64,000 bases of DNA from Escherichia coli (GCF_003334385.1 NZ_QOWN01000006.1); one strand, 5' to 3'; counted from the stretch's first letter, positions 14,421 to 27,364 are shown. Numbers and translations: made by a program. The notes: generated by a model not told the origin, from the sequence alone.

Positions 14421-15086
14421 TTAATGCAGGCAGCACTGCTTAAATTTCTTACCACTACCGCACGGGCAAGGATCGTTACGCCCCGGTTTCTCTTCTGCTT
14501 TGATCGGTTGCTGAACAGCTTTTTCCTGCGGATGCGCCATCCAGTACGCATGTAGATCAAGCGCCGCCAGTCGAATGGCATCTACGCTCTCTTCAAACGC
14601 TTCTGGCGACATCTTTTCTACCCGCTCGAAGTTTTCCTCAGTACCGTGCAGCGCAATCGCCTCCAGCGCTGGTTTTAACGAATCGGGCAACGTTGACCAG
14701 TCAGAAAGTGCCACGCCCCGCATATAGCCAAAGCACCACTCCTCAACAATCGTCAGCTCGCTGCCATCAACTTCTCGCAAGCCGAATAACGGCTCAAACT
14801 GCTCCGGGAATTCGTTCAGACGCTCTGCGGTATCGGCCATATGTTGAAAAGCCAGATTCATAAAGCGCGTCATCTCTTTCTCTGACGCCCAGCGCGGCAC
14901 ATAGTCAGCCCCACCCCACACGGCAACCAGCCACTGTTCCGGTTCAATCTCTTGCGGAGAACTCAACACCGCCGTCAATAAACCGTCCAGCTCCGCCACA
15001 TCAAGGATGGCGTGGTCAGTGTTGTATTTGGTCAGAATATCGTCCAGCCATTCCAACTCACTTTCGTTTAACGGTCCCGTTTTCAT
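14421..15086 (-). CDS. yecA: SEC-C motif metal-binding protein YecA (221 aa)
   Basis: ORF translation matches YecA; C-terminal [13 protein letters not shown] motif. Confidence 0.93.
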   Translation of the reverse strand: MKTGPLNESELEWLDDILTKYNTDHAILDVAELDGLLTAVLSSPQEIEPEQWLVAVWGGADYVPRWASEKEMTRFMNLAFQHMADTAERLNEFPEQFEPLFGLREVDGSELTIVEEWCFGYMRGVALSDWSTLPDSLKPALEAIALHGTEENFERVEKMSPEAFEESVDAIRLAALDLHAYWMAHPQEKAVQQPIKAEEKPGRNDPCPCGSGKKFKQCCLH

Positions 15087-15211
15087 ACGCTTTTCCTTGT
15101 GGATCTCAACTCGCCAGCACCTATCTTACATGCCGGTCCGTATCAGAGATACTTTTTGAGTGGCTTTGCTGGTGATTAAAAATTAAGGAGGGTGTAACGA
15201 CAAGTTGCAGG

Positions 15212-15240
15212 CACAAAAAAACCACCCGAAGGTGGTTTCA
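15212..15240 (-). terminator. Intrinsic terminator of the pgsA-glyW-cysT-leuZ transcript
   Basis: Minus-strand hairpin GAAACCACCTTCGGGTGGTTT followed by T-tract. Confidence 0.8.
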
Positions 15241-15291
15241 CGACACTGCTTATTGCTTTGATTTTATTCTTATCTTTCCCATGGTACCCGG

Positions 15292-15378
15292 AGCGGGACT
15301 TGAACCCGCACAGCGCGAACGCCGAGGGATTTTAAATCCCTTGTGTCTACCGATTCCACCATCCGGGCTCGGGAAGAA
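15292..15378 (-). tRNA. leuZ: tRNA-Leu (87 nt)
   Basis: Reverse complement matches E. coli leuZ tRNA sequence as recalled (GCCCGGATGGTGGAATCGGTAGACACAAGGGATTTAAAATCCC...CCA). Confidence 0.95.
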
Positions 15379-15390
15379 AGTGGAGGCGCG

Positions 15391-15464
15391 TTCCGGAGTC
15401 GAACCGGACTAGACGGATTTGCAATCCGCTACATAACCGCTTTGTTAACGCGCCAAATTCTTCA
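15391..15464 (-). tRNA. cysT: tRNA-Cys (GCA), 74 nt
   Basis: Reverse complement matches E. coli cysT (GGCGCGTTAACAAAGCGGTTATGTAGCGGATTGCAAATCCG...). Confidence 0.95.
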
Positions 15465-15507
15465 GGCCTTTCAGCCAGACATCCGCTTGACGCCGATGTC
15501 TTTTAAA

Positions 15508-15584
<77 letters not shown>

Positions 15585-15735
15585 ATTCATCAAGCAATCA
15601 GTTAATCACTTGATTTTATTATCGTCTGGCAATCAGTGCCGCCGTTCGATGCGTTGCATTCTACTTACCTGGCGCGATGAGTCAACGATATTTTTCACCA
15701 CTTTTGATCGTTTGCTGAAAATTACGCCGAAACGA

Positions 15736-16284
15736 TCACTGATCAAGCAAATCTGCACGCGCAGCGCTCAAATATTGCAACATTGACCACAGAGTCAGTA
15801 CCGCAGCCACAAAGAAAAGTGCAATACCGGCGTACTCAACCCAAATGTTCGGACGCCACAGCAGCCATGCCAACGCCACCATCTGGGCAGTGGTTTTCAC
15901 TTTCCCAATCCAGGAGACGGCCACGCTACTGCGTTTACCCAACTCCGCCATCCATTCGCGTAGCGCAGAAATAATAATTTCACGGGCGATCATCGTTGCC
16001 GCCGGTAATGTCACCCACCAGCTGTGATAATGCTCGGTTACCAGCACCATGGCGATAGCCACGAGAACTTTATCTGCCACAGGGTCAAGGAAAGCACCAA
16101 ACCGGGTACTCTGGTTCCAGCGGCGTGCCAGAAAACCATCGAACCAGTCAGTCACCGCCGCGACGCAGAAAATGAGCGCGGCGGCAAACGGCGACCAGGT
16201 GACAGGCAGATAAAAGACCAATACAAAGAATGGGATAAGGATGACACGGAACAGTGTAAGCAACGTAGGGATATTAAATTGCAT
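15736..16284 (-). CDS. pgsA: CDP-diacylglycerol-glycerol-3-phosphate 3-phosphatidyltransferase PgsA (182 aa)
   Basis: ORF translation matches PgsA. Confidence 0.96.
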
Positions 16285-16340
16285 AATGACGGGTAACTAT
16301 CTGTTGTCAGTAAGATTACCCCTATGTTGCTACAGAGACA

Positions 16341-18173
16341 TCAATGTTTCAACGACCAGAAGATCTTTTCTGCCAGACCTTGCGAAATACCCGGCACTTT
16401 TGCAATTTCCTCGACGCTGGCGTTACGTAAACCTTGCAAACCGCCCATATATTTCAACAACATTTGCCGACGTTTTGGCCCGACGCCTTCAATGGTTTCC
16501 AGGGAACTGGTATTTTTGACCTTCGCCCGTTTTTTACGGTGCCCGCCAATCGCGTGATCATGTGATTCATCGCGAATATGCTGGATAACATGCAGCGCGG
16601 GTGAATCTGGCGGCAAACTAAATCCCTCACCTTCCGGCTCAAAGAACAGCGTTTCCAGTCCAGCCTTACGATCTGCTCCTTTGGCAACGCCAAGTAGCAG
16701 CGGATGATTTTTATCCCATGAGACATCCAGTTCGGCGAAGACATTTTTCGCCTGCGCAAGCTGGCCTTTGCCGCCGTCGATAAGGATCACATCCGGGATC
16801 TTACTGTCGTCAATGGCTTTACCATAACGCCGACGCAGCACCTGATTCATCGCCGCATAATCATCGCCCGGCGTGATGCCTGTAATGTTATAGCGCCGAT
16901 ACTCCGCACGCAGCGGGCCGTTAGCATCAAACACCACACAGGAAGCGACGGTTTGTTCGCCCATGGTATGGCTGATGTCAAAGCACTCCATCCGCTTCAC
17001 TTCCGGCAATTTCAACACGCTGGCAAGCGCGGTCAGTCGCTGGTGAACGGTAGATTGCTGCGAAAGTTTGCTGGTTAAGGCCGTCGCCGCATTGGTGCGC
17101 GCGAGTTTCAGATAACGCGCCCTATCGCCGCGAGGTTTGGTTTGAACATTAATCTTGCGTCCCGCCAGTTCTGAAAGGGAATCGGCGAGCAGCGTTTTAT
17201 CGCTAAGATTAAAATCGAGCAGGATCTCACCCGGTAAGGTGCGCATCTGGCTGCCTTGTAAATAGAACTGGCCTACGAAGGTTTCTACCACCTCGCTCAG
17301 TTCCGTACCGCCAGGCACTTTCGGGAAATAGCTGCGGCTGCCGAGCACTTTGCCCTGACGAATGAACAATACGTGGACACAAGCCATGCCCGCATCGAAC
17401 GCCACACCAATAACGTCGAGGTCGTCGCCGGTATTGGAAACGAATTGTTTTTCGGTGACGCGTCGCACCGCCTGAATTTGGTCGCGAATACGTGCAGCTT
17501 CTTCAAACTCCAGATTCTGGCTGGCAGTTTCCATACGACTAATGAGTTGCGTAAGCACCTGATCATCTTTGCCAGACAAAAACAGGCGCACATACTCGAC
17601 CTGCTGAGCGTATTCTTCTTCACTCACCAGTCCTTCAACGCACGGTCCCAGACAGCGCCCTATCTGGTATTGCAGACACGGACGCGAGCGATTGCGATAA
17701 ACACTATTTTCGCACTGGCGAATGGGGAAAATCTTTTGCAGTAGCGCCAGTGTTTCACGTACGGCATAGCCATTCGGGAACGGGCCGAAATATTCACCTT
17801 TGGCATGCTTCGCACCACGATGCATCGCCAGACGCGGGTGGGTATCACCACTCAGGAAGATAAAAGGATATGATTTATCATCGCGTAGCAAAACGTTGTA
17901 ACGCGGCTGATAGAGTTTGATGTAGTTGTGTTCCAGCAACAGCGCTTCGGTTTCTGTGTGAGTAACCGTTACATCAATTTGCTGGATCTGGGCGACCAGC
18001 GCTTCGGTTTTGCGCGAAGCGAGGTTGCTACGGAAATAGCTGGAAAGCCGTTTTTTCAGGTCTTTCGCTTTGCCGACATAGATAACCGTACCACCAGCAT
18101 CGTACATGCGATAAACGCCTGGCTGGCTGGTTACGGTTTTTAAAAACGCTTTTGCGTCAAACTGATCACTCAC
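16341..18173 (-). CDS. uvrC: Excinuclease ABC subunit C UvrC (610 aa)
   Basis: ORF translation matches UvrC (GIY-YIG N-terminus). Confidence 0.97.
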
Positions 18174-18826
18174 TGACTTGATAATGTCTCCGCATTACAC
18201 AGACCATGGCGAATTGCCAGGTGAGTCAGCTCAACATCGCCATGAATGTTTAGTTTACTGAACATACGATAGCGGTAGCTGTTCACCGTTTTCGGACTGA
18301 GATTGAGCTGTTCTGAGATCTCATTGACCTTCTGGCCCTTGGTGATCATCAGCATAATCTGCAATTCACGTTCAGACAAACTGGCAAATGGGCTTTCTGT
18401 TTTTTCTGGTTCGATCTGGCTTAACGCCATTTGTTGAGCGATGTCAGAAGCAATGTAACGCTGCCCTGAATAGACAGAACGAATCGCACTCACGACTTCC
18501 TGCGGAGCCGCGCCTTTGCTGAGGTAGCCCGCAGCACCGGCCTGCATGACTTTCGCTGGTAAAGGGTTTTCTGTATGGACGGTAAGCATGATGATTTTGA
18601 CATCAGCTGTGGAACGCGCGATTTTACGCGTCGCCTCAAGACCGCCAATGCCCGGCATACTCATGTCCATTAGCACCACGTCAACGGCATTTGTCCGGCA
18701 CCACTTAACGGCGTCTTCACCGCACGATGCCTCACCGACGACTTTTATACCCTTTATATCTTCCAGAATGCGTCGTATCCCTGCGCGCACCAGTTCGTGG
18801 TCATCAACAAGTAGAACGTTGATCAA
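18170..18826 (-). CDS. uvrY: Response regulator UvrY (BarA/UvrY two-component system), 218 aa
   Basis: ORF translation matches UvrY; receiver plus LuxR-type HTH; 4-nt overlap with uvrC start. Confidence 0.96.
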
Positions 18827-19218
18827 AGGAATATCTCCAGAAATAGGGATAACGCTACTGATAGTTAGTCATTCGTATATTAGCGGTTTTTATTGCAACT
18901 TTGAAACGTTAAAAATGGTGGGTATTCGATTTTTCTCTCGTTTTTGTCAATTCGATTGTCCACAGTTATGGTCACGCCCGTCACCAACGGCTTACCGGAT
19001 CGTTTCACAGTAAGCCCTGCGACGAAATGTGACAAAAATTACCTTTATTCAGCAAAAATGAAAATCAGCCCGCTGAATATGTAACATTAATTAACCCGAA
19101 CAATACGGGCAAAAAACATTCATGATAAAAATATTTATTGGTCATTATATTAACGCATTTAATAGCACCGTTGACGATACGCTCAAAAAACAACCACTGC
19201 TATTTTTAGCAAAGCTTA

Positions 19219-19227
19219 TGGTATACT
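19219..19227 (+). promoter_or_regulatory. Putative extended -10 element (TGgTATACT) for yecF
   Basis: Sequence motif about 60 nt upstream of yecF start; not verified. Confidence 0.4.
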
Positions 19228-19284
19228 CCGCCGCCTTAACATTTTTCACCGCAAATTTTCATTGCAACATGACGAGGAAAATAA

Positions 19285-19509
19285 ATGAGTACGCCTGATT
19301 TTTCTACTGCCGAGAATAATCAAGAACTGGCAAATGAAGTCTCCTGCCTGAAAGCGATGCTGACGCTGATGCTGCAGGCGATGGGACAAGCTGACGCGGG
19401 CCGCGTGATGTTAAAGATGGAAAAACAGCTTGCGCTGATCGAAGACGAAACCCAGGCTGCAGTATTTTCCAAAACGGTTAAGCAAATTAAACAAGCCTAC
19501 CGTCAGTAA
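19285..19509 (+). CDS. yecF: DUF2594 family protein YecF (74 aa)
   Basis: ORF translation matches YecF. Confidence 0.88.
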
Positions 19510-19512
19510 TAT

Positions 19513-19548
19513 AAAACCGGCTGATAGCGTGCCTTTCAGCCGGTTTTT
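19513..19548. terminator. Bidirectional intrinsic terminator between convergent yecF and sdiA
   Basis: Hairpin AAACCGGCTGA...TCAGCCGGTTT flanked by A/T tracts. Confidence 0.7.
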
Positions 19549-19576
19549 GCATCTGGCACGCAGGACAGAAAAGAGA

Positions 19577-20299
19577 TCAAATTAAGCCAGTAGCGGCCGC
19601 GTAACAGGCAACCTGGGTCTTATTCGGTGCATTGATTTTTTTCTGCATGTTTTTCTGATGGAAATTGACCGTATTCTCAGAGATTGACAAAATCATCGCT
19701 ATCTCTGCTGATGTCTTCCCTTCCGCCGTCCATTTCAAAATTTCTTTTTCGCGCTTGCTGAAATTCATCTCTGGCGTCATCACTATTTCATCATTTAAAC
19801 GCATCAGAGCCATCAGACTTTCGCGCACCAGTAACTGCATTTTTAATTGCAGTTCATCACTAAGAATGGGTATTTCGCGCGCGCTGCTACGGGAAAAGGA
19901 CAAAAAGCCCAGCGCCCGGTTTGGCAGCATTAAATACTGAGTGACACCGCGGCGTAAACCATGTGCGCGCGCGGCTTCCCATAACGGCTGTGCTTCGCTG
20001 AATAAGTCATCATTCCACATTAAATGGCCCTGACTAAAGTTTTCAGGGTTCAGCACCGGATCAATTGCGAGAAAGTTTTTTGCCTGATAATAACTAACCC
20101 ACGCCTCAGGGTAATTGGTGTAGAAAGCCACTTTAGGTCGCGTGAATGGTACCGGGTGGCGAACACATAACGAATAGTAATCGTACTCTAGCTGCTGAGC
20201 CTGAAGCTCTATTTCATGGTAGACCTCTTCTGCGGCCTCCATCCTCTGAAAACGCAACAGCATCGTGCGACGCCAGCTGAAAAAATCCGTATCCTGCAT
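19577..20299 (-). CDS. sdiA: LuxR-family quorum-sensing regulator SdiA (240 aa)
   Basis: Matches SdiA from MQDTDFFSWRR. Confidence 0.96.
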   Translation of the reverse strand: MQDTDFFSWRRTMLLRFQRMEAAEEVYHEIELQAQQLEYDYYSLCVRHPVPFTRPKVAFYTNYPEAWVSYYQAKNFLAIDPVLNPENFSQGHLMWNDDLFSEAQPLWEAARAHGLRRGVTQYLMLPNRALGFLSFSRSSAREIPILSDELQLKMQLLVRESLMALMRLNDEIVMTPEMNFSKREKEILKWTAEGKTSAEIAMILSISENTVNFHQKNMQKKINAPNKTQVACYAAATGLI

Positions 20300-20346
20300 A
20301 GTAAACCGCAACGCCCCTGAGAGTGAGTATCATTTATAATGATAAT

Positions 20347-20524
20347 TCAAACTATCACATAAATAAGATTTATATATAATTTATATTATTCAGGCAATGA
20401 ATTACTTTTGCAAGCCATCGCATTCTCTTATGTTATTAATGAGTTATGCTGATTTGTTAAGCTGTTTTATCACGCTTGAAATGGCGTCCCGCCCCGACAG
20501 ATGAATCGTCGGGGCTGATTTTTT
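20347..20524 (+). ncRNA. sdsN: Candidate sigmaS-dependent sRNA SdsN (178- and 137-nt forms)
   Basis: Two TATAAT -10 boxes (20335-20340, 20375-20380) give predicted starts about 178 and 137 nt upstream of a plus-strand terminator at 20491-20524, matching the published SdsN178/SdsN137 sizes adjacent to sdiA (recalled). Confidence 0.55.
20491..20524 (+). terminator. Intrinsic terminator (GCCCCGAC-loop-GTCGGGGC followed by T-tract)
   Basis: 8-bp GC-rich stem followed by TGATTTTTT on plus strand. Confidence 0.75.
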
Positions 20525-20528
20525 CTTA

Positions 20529-21281
20529 TTATTGCAGCAGAAACTTCTCGAGGAACTGGCGGGTGCGAGGCTGCTGGGGATCGGCAAATAACGCTTTTGC
20601 TGCCCCCTGCTCGACTATCCGCCCCTGGTCCATAAAAATCGCCCGGTCCGCAACATCCCGGGCAAAGCTCATTTCGTGCGTTACAATCACCATCGTGCGC
20701 TTTTCCTGCGCCAGCTGACGGATGGTGTTCAGGACTTCGCCCACCAGCTCTGGATCCAGCGCCGACGTTGGCTCGTCAAACAAAATCACCTCAGGACGCA
20801 TTGCCAGCGCACGTGCAATCGCAACACGTTGCTGTTGACCGCCAGACAAACGACGTGGATAGCTGGTTTCTTTACCGGCCAGCCCAACTTTCGCCAACAG
20901 CTCGCGAGCGCGCGCCGTGGCCTCTTCTTTCGGTTCGCCTTTGACGATCACCGGCCCTTCAATAATGTTTTCCAGCACCGTACGATGCGGAAACAAATTA
21001 AAGTTCTGGAAGACAAACCCGACGTGCTGACGCAACTGGCGAATCAGCGATTTTTGCTGACTTAATGAACGTGCAGTATCAATAGTGATATCGCTAACGG
21101 TGATAGTTCCCGCTTCCGGTTGTTCCAGCAGATTTATGCTGCGTAGCAACGTGGTTTTGCCGGAACCACTCGGACCGATAATTGCCACCACTTCGCCAGG
21201 CTTTACCTCAAGGTCGATACCGTGCAGCACCGTCTGACCGTGAAATTTTTTCACCAGGTTCTTAACTTCAATGGCACTCAT
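20529..21281 (-). CDS. tcyN: Cystine ABC transporter ATP-binding protein TcyN (YecC), 250 aa
   Basis: ABC ATPase, Walker A GPSGSGKTT; matches YecC. Confidence 0.94.
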   Translation of the reverse strand: MSAIEVKNLVKKFHGQTVLHGIDLEVKPGEVVAIIGPSGSGKTTLLRSINLLEQPEAGTITVSDITIDTARSLSQQKSLIRQLRQHVGFVFQNFNLFPHRTVLENIIEGPVIVKGEPKEEATARARELLAKVGLAGKETSYPRRLSGGQQQRVAIARALAMRPEVILFDEPTSALDPELVGEVLNTIRQLAQEKRTMVIVTHEMSFARDVADRAIFMDQGRIVEQGAAKALFADPQQPRTRQFLEKFLLQ

Positions 21282-21946
21282 TTTGGTTCTCTCTCCTGGC
21301 GATTAAGTTGATTCTCAAAATGGTTCTGCAACGTCGATAATACTGTCGCCATGATCCAGTAGATGAGCGAAGCCGCCAGGTACATGGTGAACACCTCCAG
21401 CGTGCGCGAGGTAATCAACTGCGCCTGACGGAACAGCTCCGGCACCTGAATTGTCGCGGCCAGCGACGTATCTTTTACCAGGCTGATAAAGCTGTTCGAC
21501 AGCGGCGGCAACGCCACCCGCGCCGCCTGTGGCAAAATCGCGCGACGCATAGTCTGCCATGGCGTCATACCAATACTGGCAGCTGCTTCCCACTGACCTT
21601 TATCAATAGAAGAAATGGCGGCGCGCAGCGTTTCGGCAGCATAGGCGGCAGTGTTGAGCGACAGACCAATCATTGCTGACGGAATGGGATCTAATTCGAT
21701 ACCAAACTGCGGCAGGCCGTAATAGATCATAAACAGTTGTGCGATGAGCGGTGTACCACGAAAAATAGAGATATAAAAACGCGCCAGCCAGCGCACGGGC
21801 CAGATTGGCGACAGGCGCATCAGCGCGAGAATAAACCCGAGCAGTAAGCCAAAAAACATGCCGCCGATACTGAGTTGCAGCGTATACCCAGCCCCTTTCA
21901 GCAGGAACGGCAAGGAATCAATAACCAGTTGTATACTTTCTTGCAT
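21278..21946 (-). CDS. tcyL: Cystine ABC transporter permease TcyL (YecS), 222 aa
   Basis: ORF translation matches YecS; 4-nt overlap with tcyN. Confidence 0.94.
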   Translation of the reverse strand: MQESIQLVIDSLPFLLKGAGYTLQLSIGGMFFGLLLGFILALMRLSPIWPVRWLARFYISIFRGTPLIAQLFMIYYGLPQFGIELDPIPSAMIGLSLNTAAYAAETLRAAISSIDKGQWEAAASIGMTPWQTMRRAILPQAARVALPPLSNSFISLVKDTSLAATIQVPELFRQAQLITSRTLEVFTMYLAASLIYWIMATVLSTLQNHFENQLNRQEREPK

Positions 21947-21960
21947 GAGCGTTCCCGGAG

Positions 21961-23852
<1,892 letters not shown>

Positions 23853-23939
23853 ATTCACCCCGAATGTTGTTATGTCTGTTTGCAGTGTAGAGCCATTGTT
23901 TGTAAACACAAAAACAACTCCGCTACATCTTATTCTTAT

Positions 23940-24491
23940 TTAATATATATCAGAAGAAGGCAGGCTGGAGGATTTCTGCACAAGTCCGGTACAGGTTTGG
24001 CGCTGATAGTGTTGATACTTCCGTAACGCGATGCGGTAATTGTTGGTGCTGGTGGTGGGCAGCCACGGGGCGAGGATTTCATCAAGGAAACCGTCCTGCA
24101 GCTGTTCGAGGGAAATATTTTGCTCGTGTAGATGATTCCCCAAACGGCGCAAACGAACGACATATTCACGCACCGTACCTGGGCTCATTTCAGTTTGCTC
24201 AAAAAGAAATTGCTTAAAGCCGATAATATCGAAAAAATCACTCTGCGTTTTGCAGTGTAAATCACCGCAAAATCGGCACAATGCCGCCCATGATTGTTGT
24301 TCCACTTGCCAGCCATTTTCATCAAGCAGCGTGTCCAGGCGGGAAATCTCGATTTTATTCACTATTTTGCCGTCGCGAACTAAGGTAATGCGATCGAGTA
24401 ATTTACGGCAATGCGCACAATGGGTCTGGCTGTGTTTAAAGTCTTTAAGATAGCGGCTTAATGGCCGTCTTTTCAGGTGCTGCACCATCAT
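23940..24491 (-). CDS. fliZ: Regulator FliZ (183 aa)
   Basis: Matches FliZ from MMVQHLKRRPLSRYLKDF. Confidence 0.95.
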   Translation of the reverse strand: MMVQHLKRRPLSRYLKDFKHSQTHCAHCRKLLDRITLVRDGKIVNKIEISRLDTLLDENGWQVEQQSWAALCRFCGDLHCKTQSDFFDIIGFKQFLFEQTEMSPGTVREYVVRLRRLGNHLHEQNISLEQLQDGFLDEILAPWLPTTSTNNYRIALRKYQHYQRQTCTGLVQKSSSLPSSDIY

Positions 24492-24536
24492 TAAGAACTC
24501 CTGGTAGTCAAAGTTAAAGTGCGGCATTTACTGACG

Positions 24537-25256
24537 TTATAACTTACCCAGTTTAGTGCGTAACCGTTTAATGGCCTGGCTGTGTAACTGACTGACCCGC
24601 GATTCCCCGACCTCCAGCACCGCGCCAATCTCTTTGAGATTCAGCTCTTCCTGGTAATAGAGGGTTAATACCAGTTTTTCGCGCTCCGGCAGCGTTTCGA
24701 TAGCTTCCATCACCCGCTGGCGCAGATTACTGTCCAGCAGTTGTTGTAGCGGGTTTTCTCGCTGATGATCATCAGTAACCAGTTCGATGCTATCGCCGTG
24801 CTCTTCGCGCCACTCATCGTAGGAGAAGAGCTGGCTGTTATTGGTGTCGAGCAACATTTGGCGATAATCGGCAATATCGATCCCTAAACGTTCCGCTACC
24901 TCAGTTTCCGTGGCGTTGCGGCCAAGTTCCTGCTCCAGTTGCCCTATTGCCTGTGCCACTTCACGCGCGTTGCGTCGCACGCTGCGCGGCACCCAGTCAC
25001 GGCTGCGAAGTTCATCCAGCATAGCGCCACGGATACGCTGCACTGCGTAAGTTGTAAATGCCGTTCCTTGTAGGGCGTCATAGCGTTCGACGGCATTAAG
25101 TAACCCAATGCCGCCCGCCTGTAGCAGATCGTCAAGTTCCACGCTCGCGGGCAGTCGAACCTGCAGGCGCAATGCTTCGTGACGCACCAGCGGGACATAA
25201 CGCTGCCACAGCGAGTGTTTATCCATTACACCTTCAGCGGTATAGAGTGAATTCAC
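24537..25256 (-). CDS. fliA: Flagellar sigma factor FliA (sigma28), 239 aa
   Basis: ORF translation matches FliA. Confidence 0.97.
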   Translation of the reverse strand: MNSLYTAEGVMDKHSLWQRYVPLVRHEALRLQVRLPASVELDDLLQAGGIGLLNAVERYDALQGTAFTTYAVQRIRGAMLDELRSRDWVPRSVRRNAREVAQAIGQLEQELGRNATETEVAERLGIDIADYRQMLLDTNNSQLFSYDEWREEHGDSIELVTDDHQRENPLQQLLDSNLRQRVMEAIETLPEREKLVLTLYYQEELNLKEIGAVLEVGESRVSQLHSQAIKRLRTKLGKL

Positions 25257-25281
25257 GATAAACAGCCCTGCGTTATATGAG

Positions 25282-25289
25282 TTATCGGC
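25282..25289 (-). promoter_or_regulatory. GCCGATAA -10 element of the sigma28-dependent fliA promoter (fliA also has an FlhDC class 2 promoter in this region)
   Basis: Minus-strand GCCGATAA located about 30 nt upstream of fliA start. Confidence 0.5.
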
Positions 25290-25376
25290 ATGATTATCCG
25301 TTTCTGCAGGGTTTTTAATCGGACGATTAGTGGGTGAAATGAGGGGTTATTTGGGGGTTACCGGTAAATTGCGGAC

Positions 25377-25405
25377 AGAAAAAACCCCGCCGGTGGCGGG
25401 GAAGC
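25377..25405 (-). terminator. fliC intrinsic terminator (CCCCGCC-ACCG-GCGGGG followed by T6)
   Basis: Minus-strand GC-rich hairpin followed by TTTTTTCTG. Confidence 0.8.
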
Positions 25406-25419
25406 ACGTTGCTGACAAA

Positions 25420-25545
<126 letters not shown>

Positions 25546-25575
25546 CGTCAGTCTCAGTTAATCAGGTTAGGACGA

Positions 25576-27288
25576 TTAACCCTGCAGCAGAGACAGAACC
25601 TGCTGCGGTACCTGGTTAGCTTTTGCCAGCACGGAGTTACCTGCCTGCTGAATAATCTGCGCTTTCGACATGTTGGACACTTCGGTCGCATAGTCGGCGT
25701 CCTGAATACGGGACTGCGCTTCGGACAGGTTGGTAGTGGTGTTGTTCAGGTTGGTGACTGCGGAATCCAGACGGTTCTGCACGGCACCCAGGGAAGAACG
25801 GAATTTGTCTACGGATGCGATAGCATCGTCCAGCGCTTTCAGCGGATCCGTGGTCGCTTCAGATTTACCTGTAGCTTCAGTGGTCAGAGAGCCGTCAGCC
25901 GCTTTATACAGAGCCGCGCCGTCATCATCCAGAATATTGCCGTTAGCAAATTCGTGATAAGTTTCTGTGACAGTCTTGTTGGCCGCAGTCGTCAGTTCAC
26001 CCTCAGCACCAATATTTACGGTCGCTCCACCTGTAGTAGCAGTTACTGCACCATCAGCGGCAACGTCATAAGACTGTGCGCCGTTAGCTACGGTATAAGC
26101 CTGACCGGTTAACGCAGTGTTCATATCTTCGGCGGATACCGTCGCGCCCTTAATATCCACATTGTTGCTAACCTGGGTGAAGTCAACGGTCATGCCGCTG
26201 CCGAAGGTAATCTTCGCATCAACTGCATCATGACCATTCGCACCGTTGAAAATACCGTCCAACGTTGCCGCGGCTGGGCCGCCGGCCTGGTTTTTCGTCA
26301 GGTTACCGTCAGCACCAATGTATAAAGCATCGCCATTAGTATCCGTCAGGGTACCATCGCTGGCAATTTTAACTTCCTGAGCGCTACCACCGATGGAGAT
26401 CTGAGCCGTGTTATCGCCGTTTGCTGCATAGGCTTTCAGAACATCAGCAACTTTAGTTGAGCCCGCAGTACCATCACCATTAGTAAGTGCGGTTGCGTCA
26501 AATGAATAAGACTTGCTGGTTGCGTTGTAGGTATATGCAGTAGAAGCCGCTACGCCTAACCCATTGTTTGTGCCAGCATAACCGCTAATAGTGCTGCCGC
26601 CACTAACGCTAGCCAGCACATCGGTAGCTGTTGCTGCATTAAAGGTAGTAACAGTAGATTTAGTCCAGGTGCTATTGCCACTGACAACTGCACTTTGGGA
26701 GAAGCCCGCAGCGGTCAGATCTGCTTCAGTGGCTTTTGCATTATCAACAGCGCCTTTACCGTTGACGTTGAAGCTGGTCAGCTTCAGTGTAGAAGAGTCG
26801 ATTTTTTTCAGGTCAATCGTGATGGTTTCACCATCATTTGCGCCCACCTGAATTTTCATTGAACCGTCTTTGGACAACACATTCACGCCATTGAACTGGG
26901 TCTGACCAGATACGCGGTCAATTTCATCAAGACGAGATTTGATTTCGTCCTGGATGGAGTCCAAGTCAGAATCGGAGTTAGTACCGGTAGTGGCCTGAAC
27001 CGTCAGTTCACGGATACGCTGTAAGTTGTTGTTGATTTCGGACAGCGCGCCTTCGGTGGTCTGCGCAACGGAAATACCGTCGTTGGCGTTACGTGCAGCC
27101 TGAGTCAGGCCTTTAATGTTAGAAGTAAAACGGTTAGCAATCGCCTGACCCGCGGCGTCATCCTTCGCGCTGTTAATACGCAAGCCAGAAGACAGACGCT
27201 CGATAGAACTCGACAGCGCAGACTGGTTCTTGTTGATATTATTTTGAGTGATCAGCGAGAGGCTGTTGGTATTAATGACTTGTGCCAT
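25576..27288 (-). CDS. fliC: Flagellin FliC (570 aa) with conserved termini and a variable central domain
   Basis: N-terminus MAQVINTNSLSLITQNNINKNQSALSSSIERLSSGLRINSAKDDAAGQAIANRF and C-terminus ...VLAKANQVPQQVLSLLQG are canonical; central region is Thr/Ala/Gly/Ser-rich. Confidence 0.97.
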   Translation of the reverse strand: MAQVINTNSLSLITQNNINKNQSALSSSIERLSSGLRINSAKDDAAGQAIANRFTSNIKGLTQAARNANDGISVAQTTEGALSEINNNLQRIRELTVQATTGTNSDSDLDSIQDEIKSRLDEIDRVSGQTQFNGVNVLSKDGSMKIQVGANDGETITIDLKKIDSSTLKLTSFNVNGKGAVDNAKATEADLTAAGFSQSAVVSGNSTWTKSTVTTFNAATATDVLASVSGGSTISGYAGTNNGLGVAASTAYTYNATSKSYSFDATALTNGDGTAGSTKVADVLKAYAANGDNTAQISIGGSAQEVKIASDGTLTDTNGDALYIGADGNLTKNQAGGPAAATLDGIFNGANGHDAVDAKITFGSGMTVDFTQVSNNVDIKGATVSAEDMNTALTGQAYTVANGAQSYDVAADGAVTATTGGATVNIGAEGELTTAANKTVTETYHEFANGNILDDDGAALYKAADGSLTTEATGKSEATTDPLKALDDAIASVDKFRSSLGAVQNRLDSAVTNLNNTTTNLSEAQSRIQDADYATEVSNMSKAQIIQQAGNSVLAKANQVPQQVLSLLQG

Positions 27289-27364
27289 GATTCGTTATCC
27301 TATATTGCAAGTCGTTGATTACGTATTGGGTTTCCACCCGTCGGCTCAATCGCCGTCAACCCTG

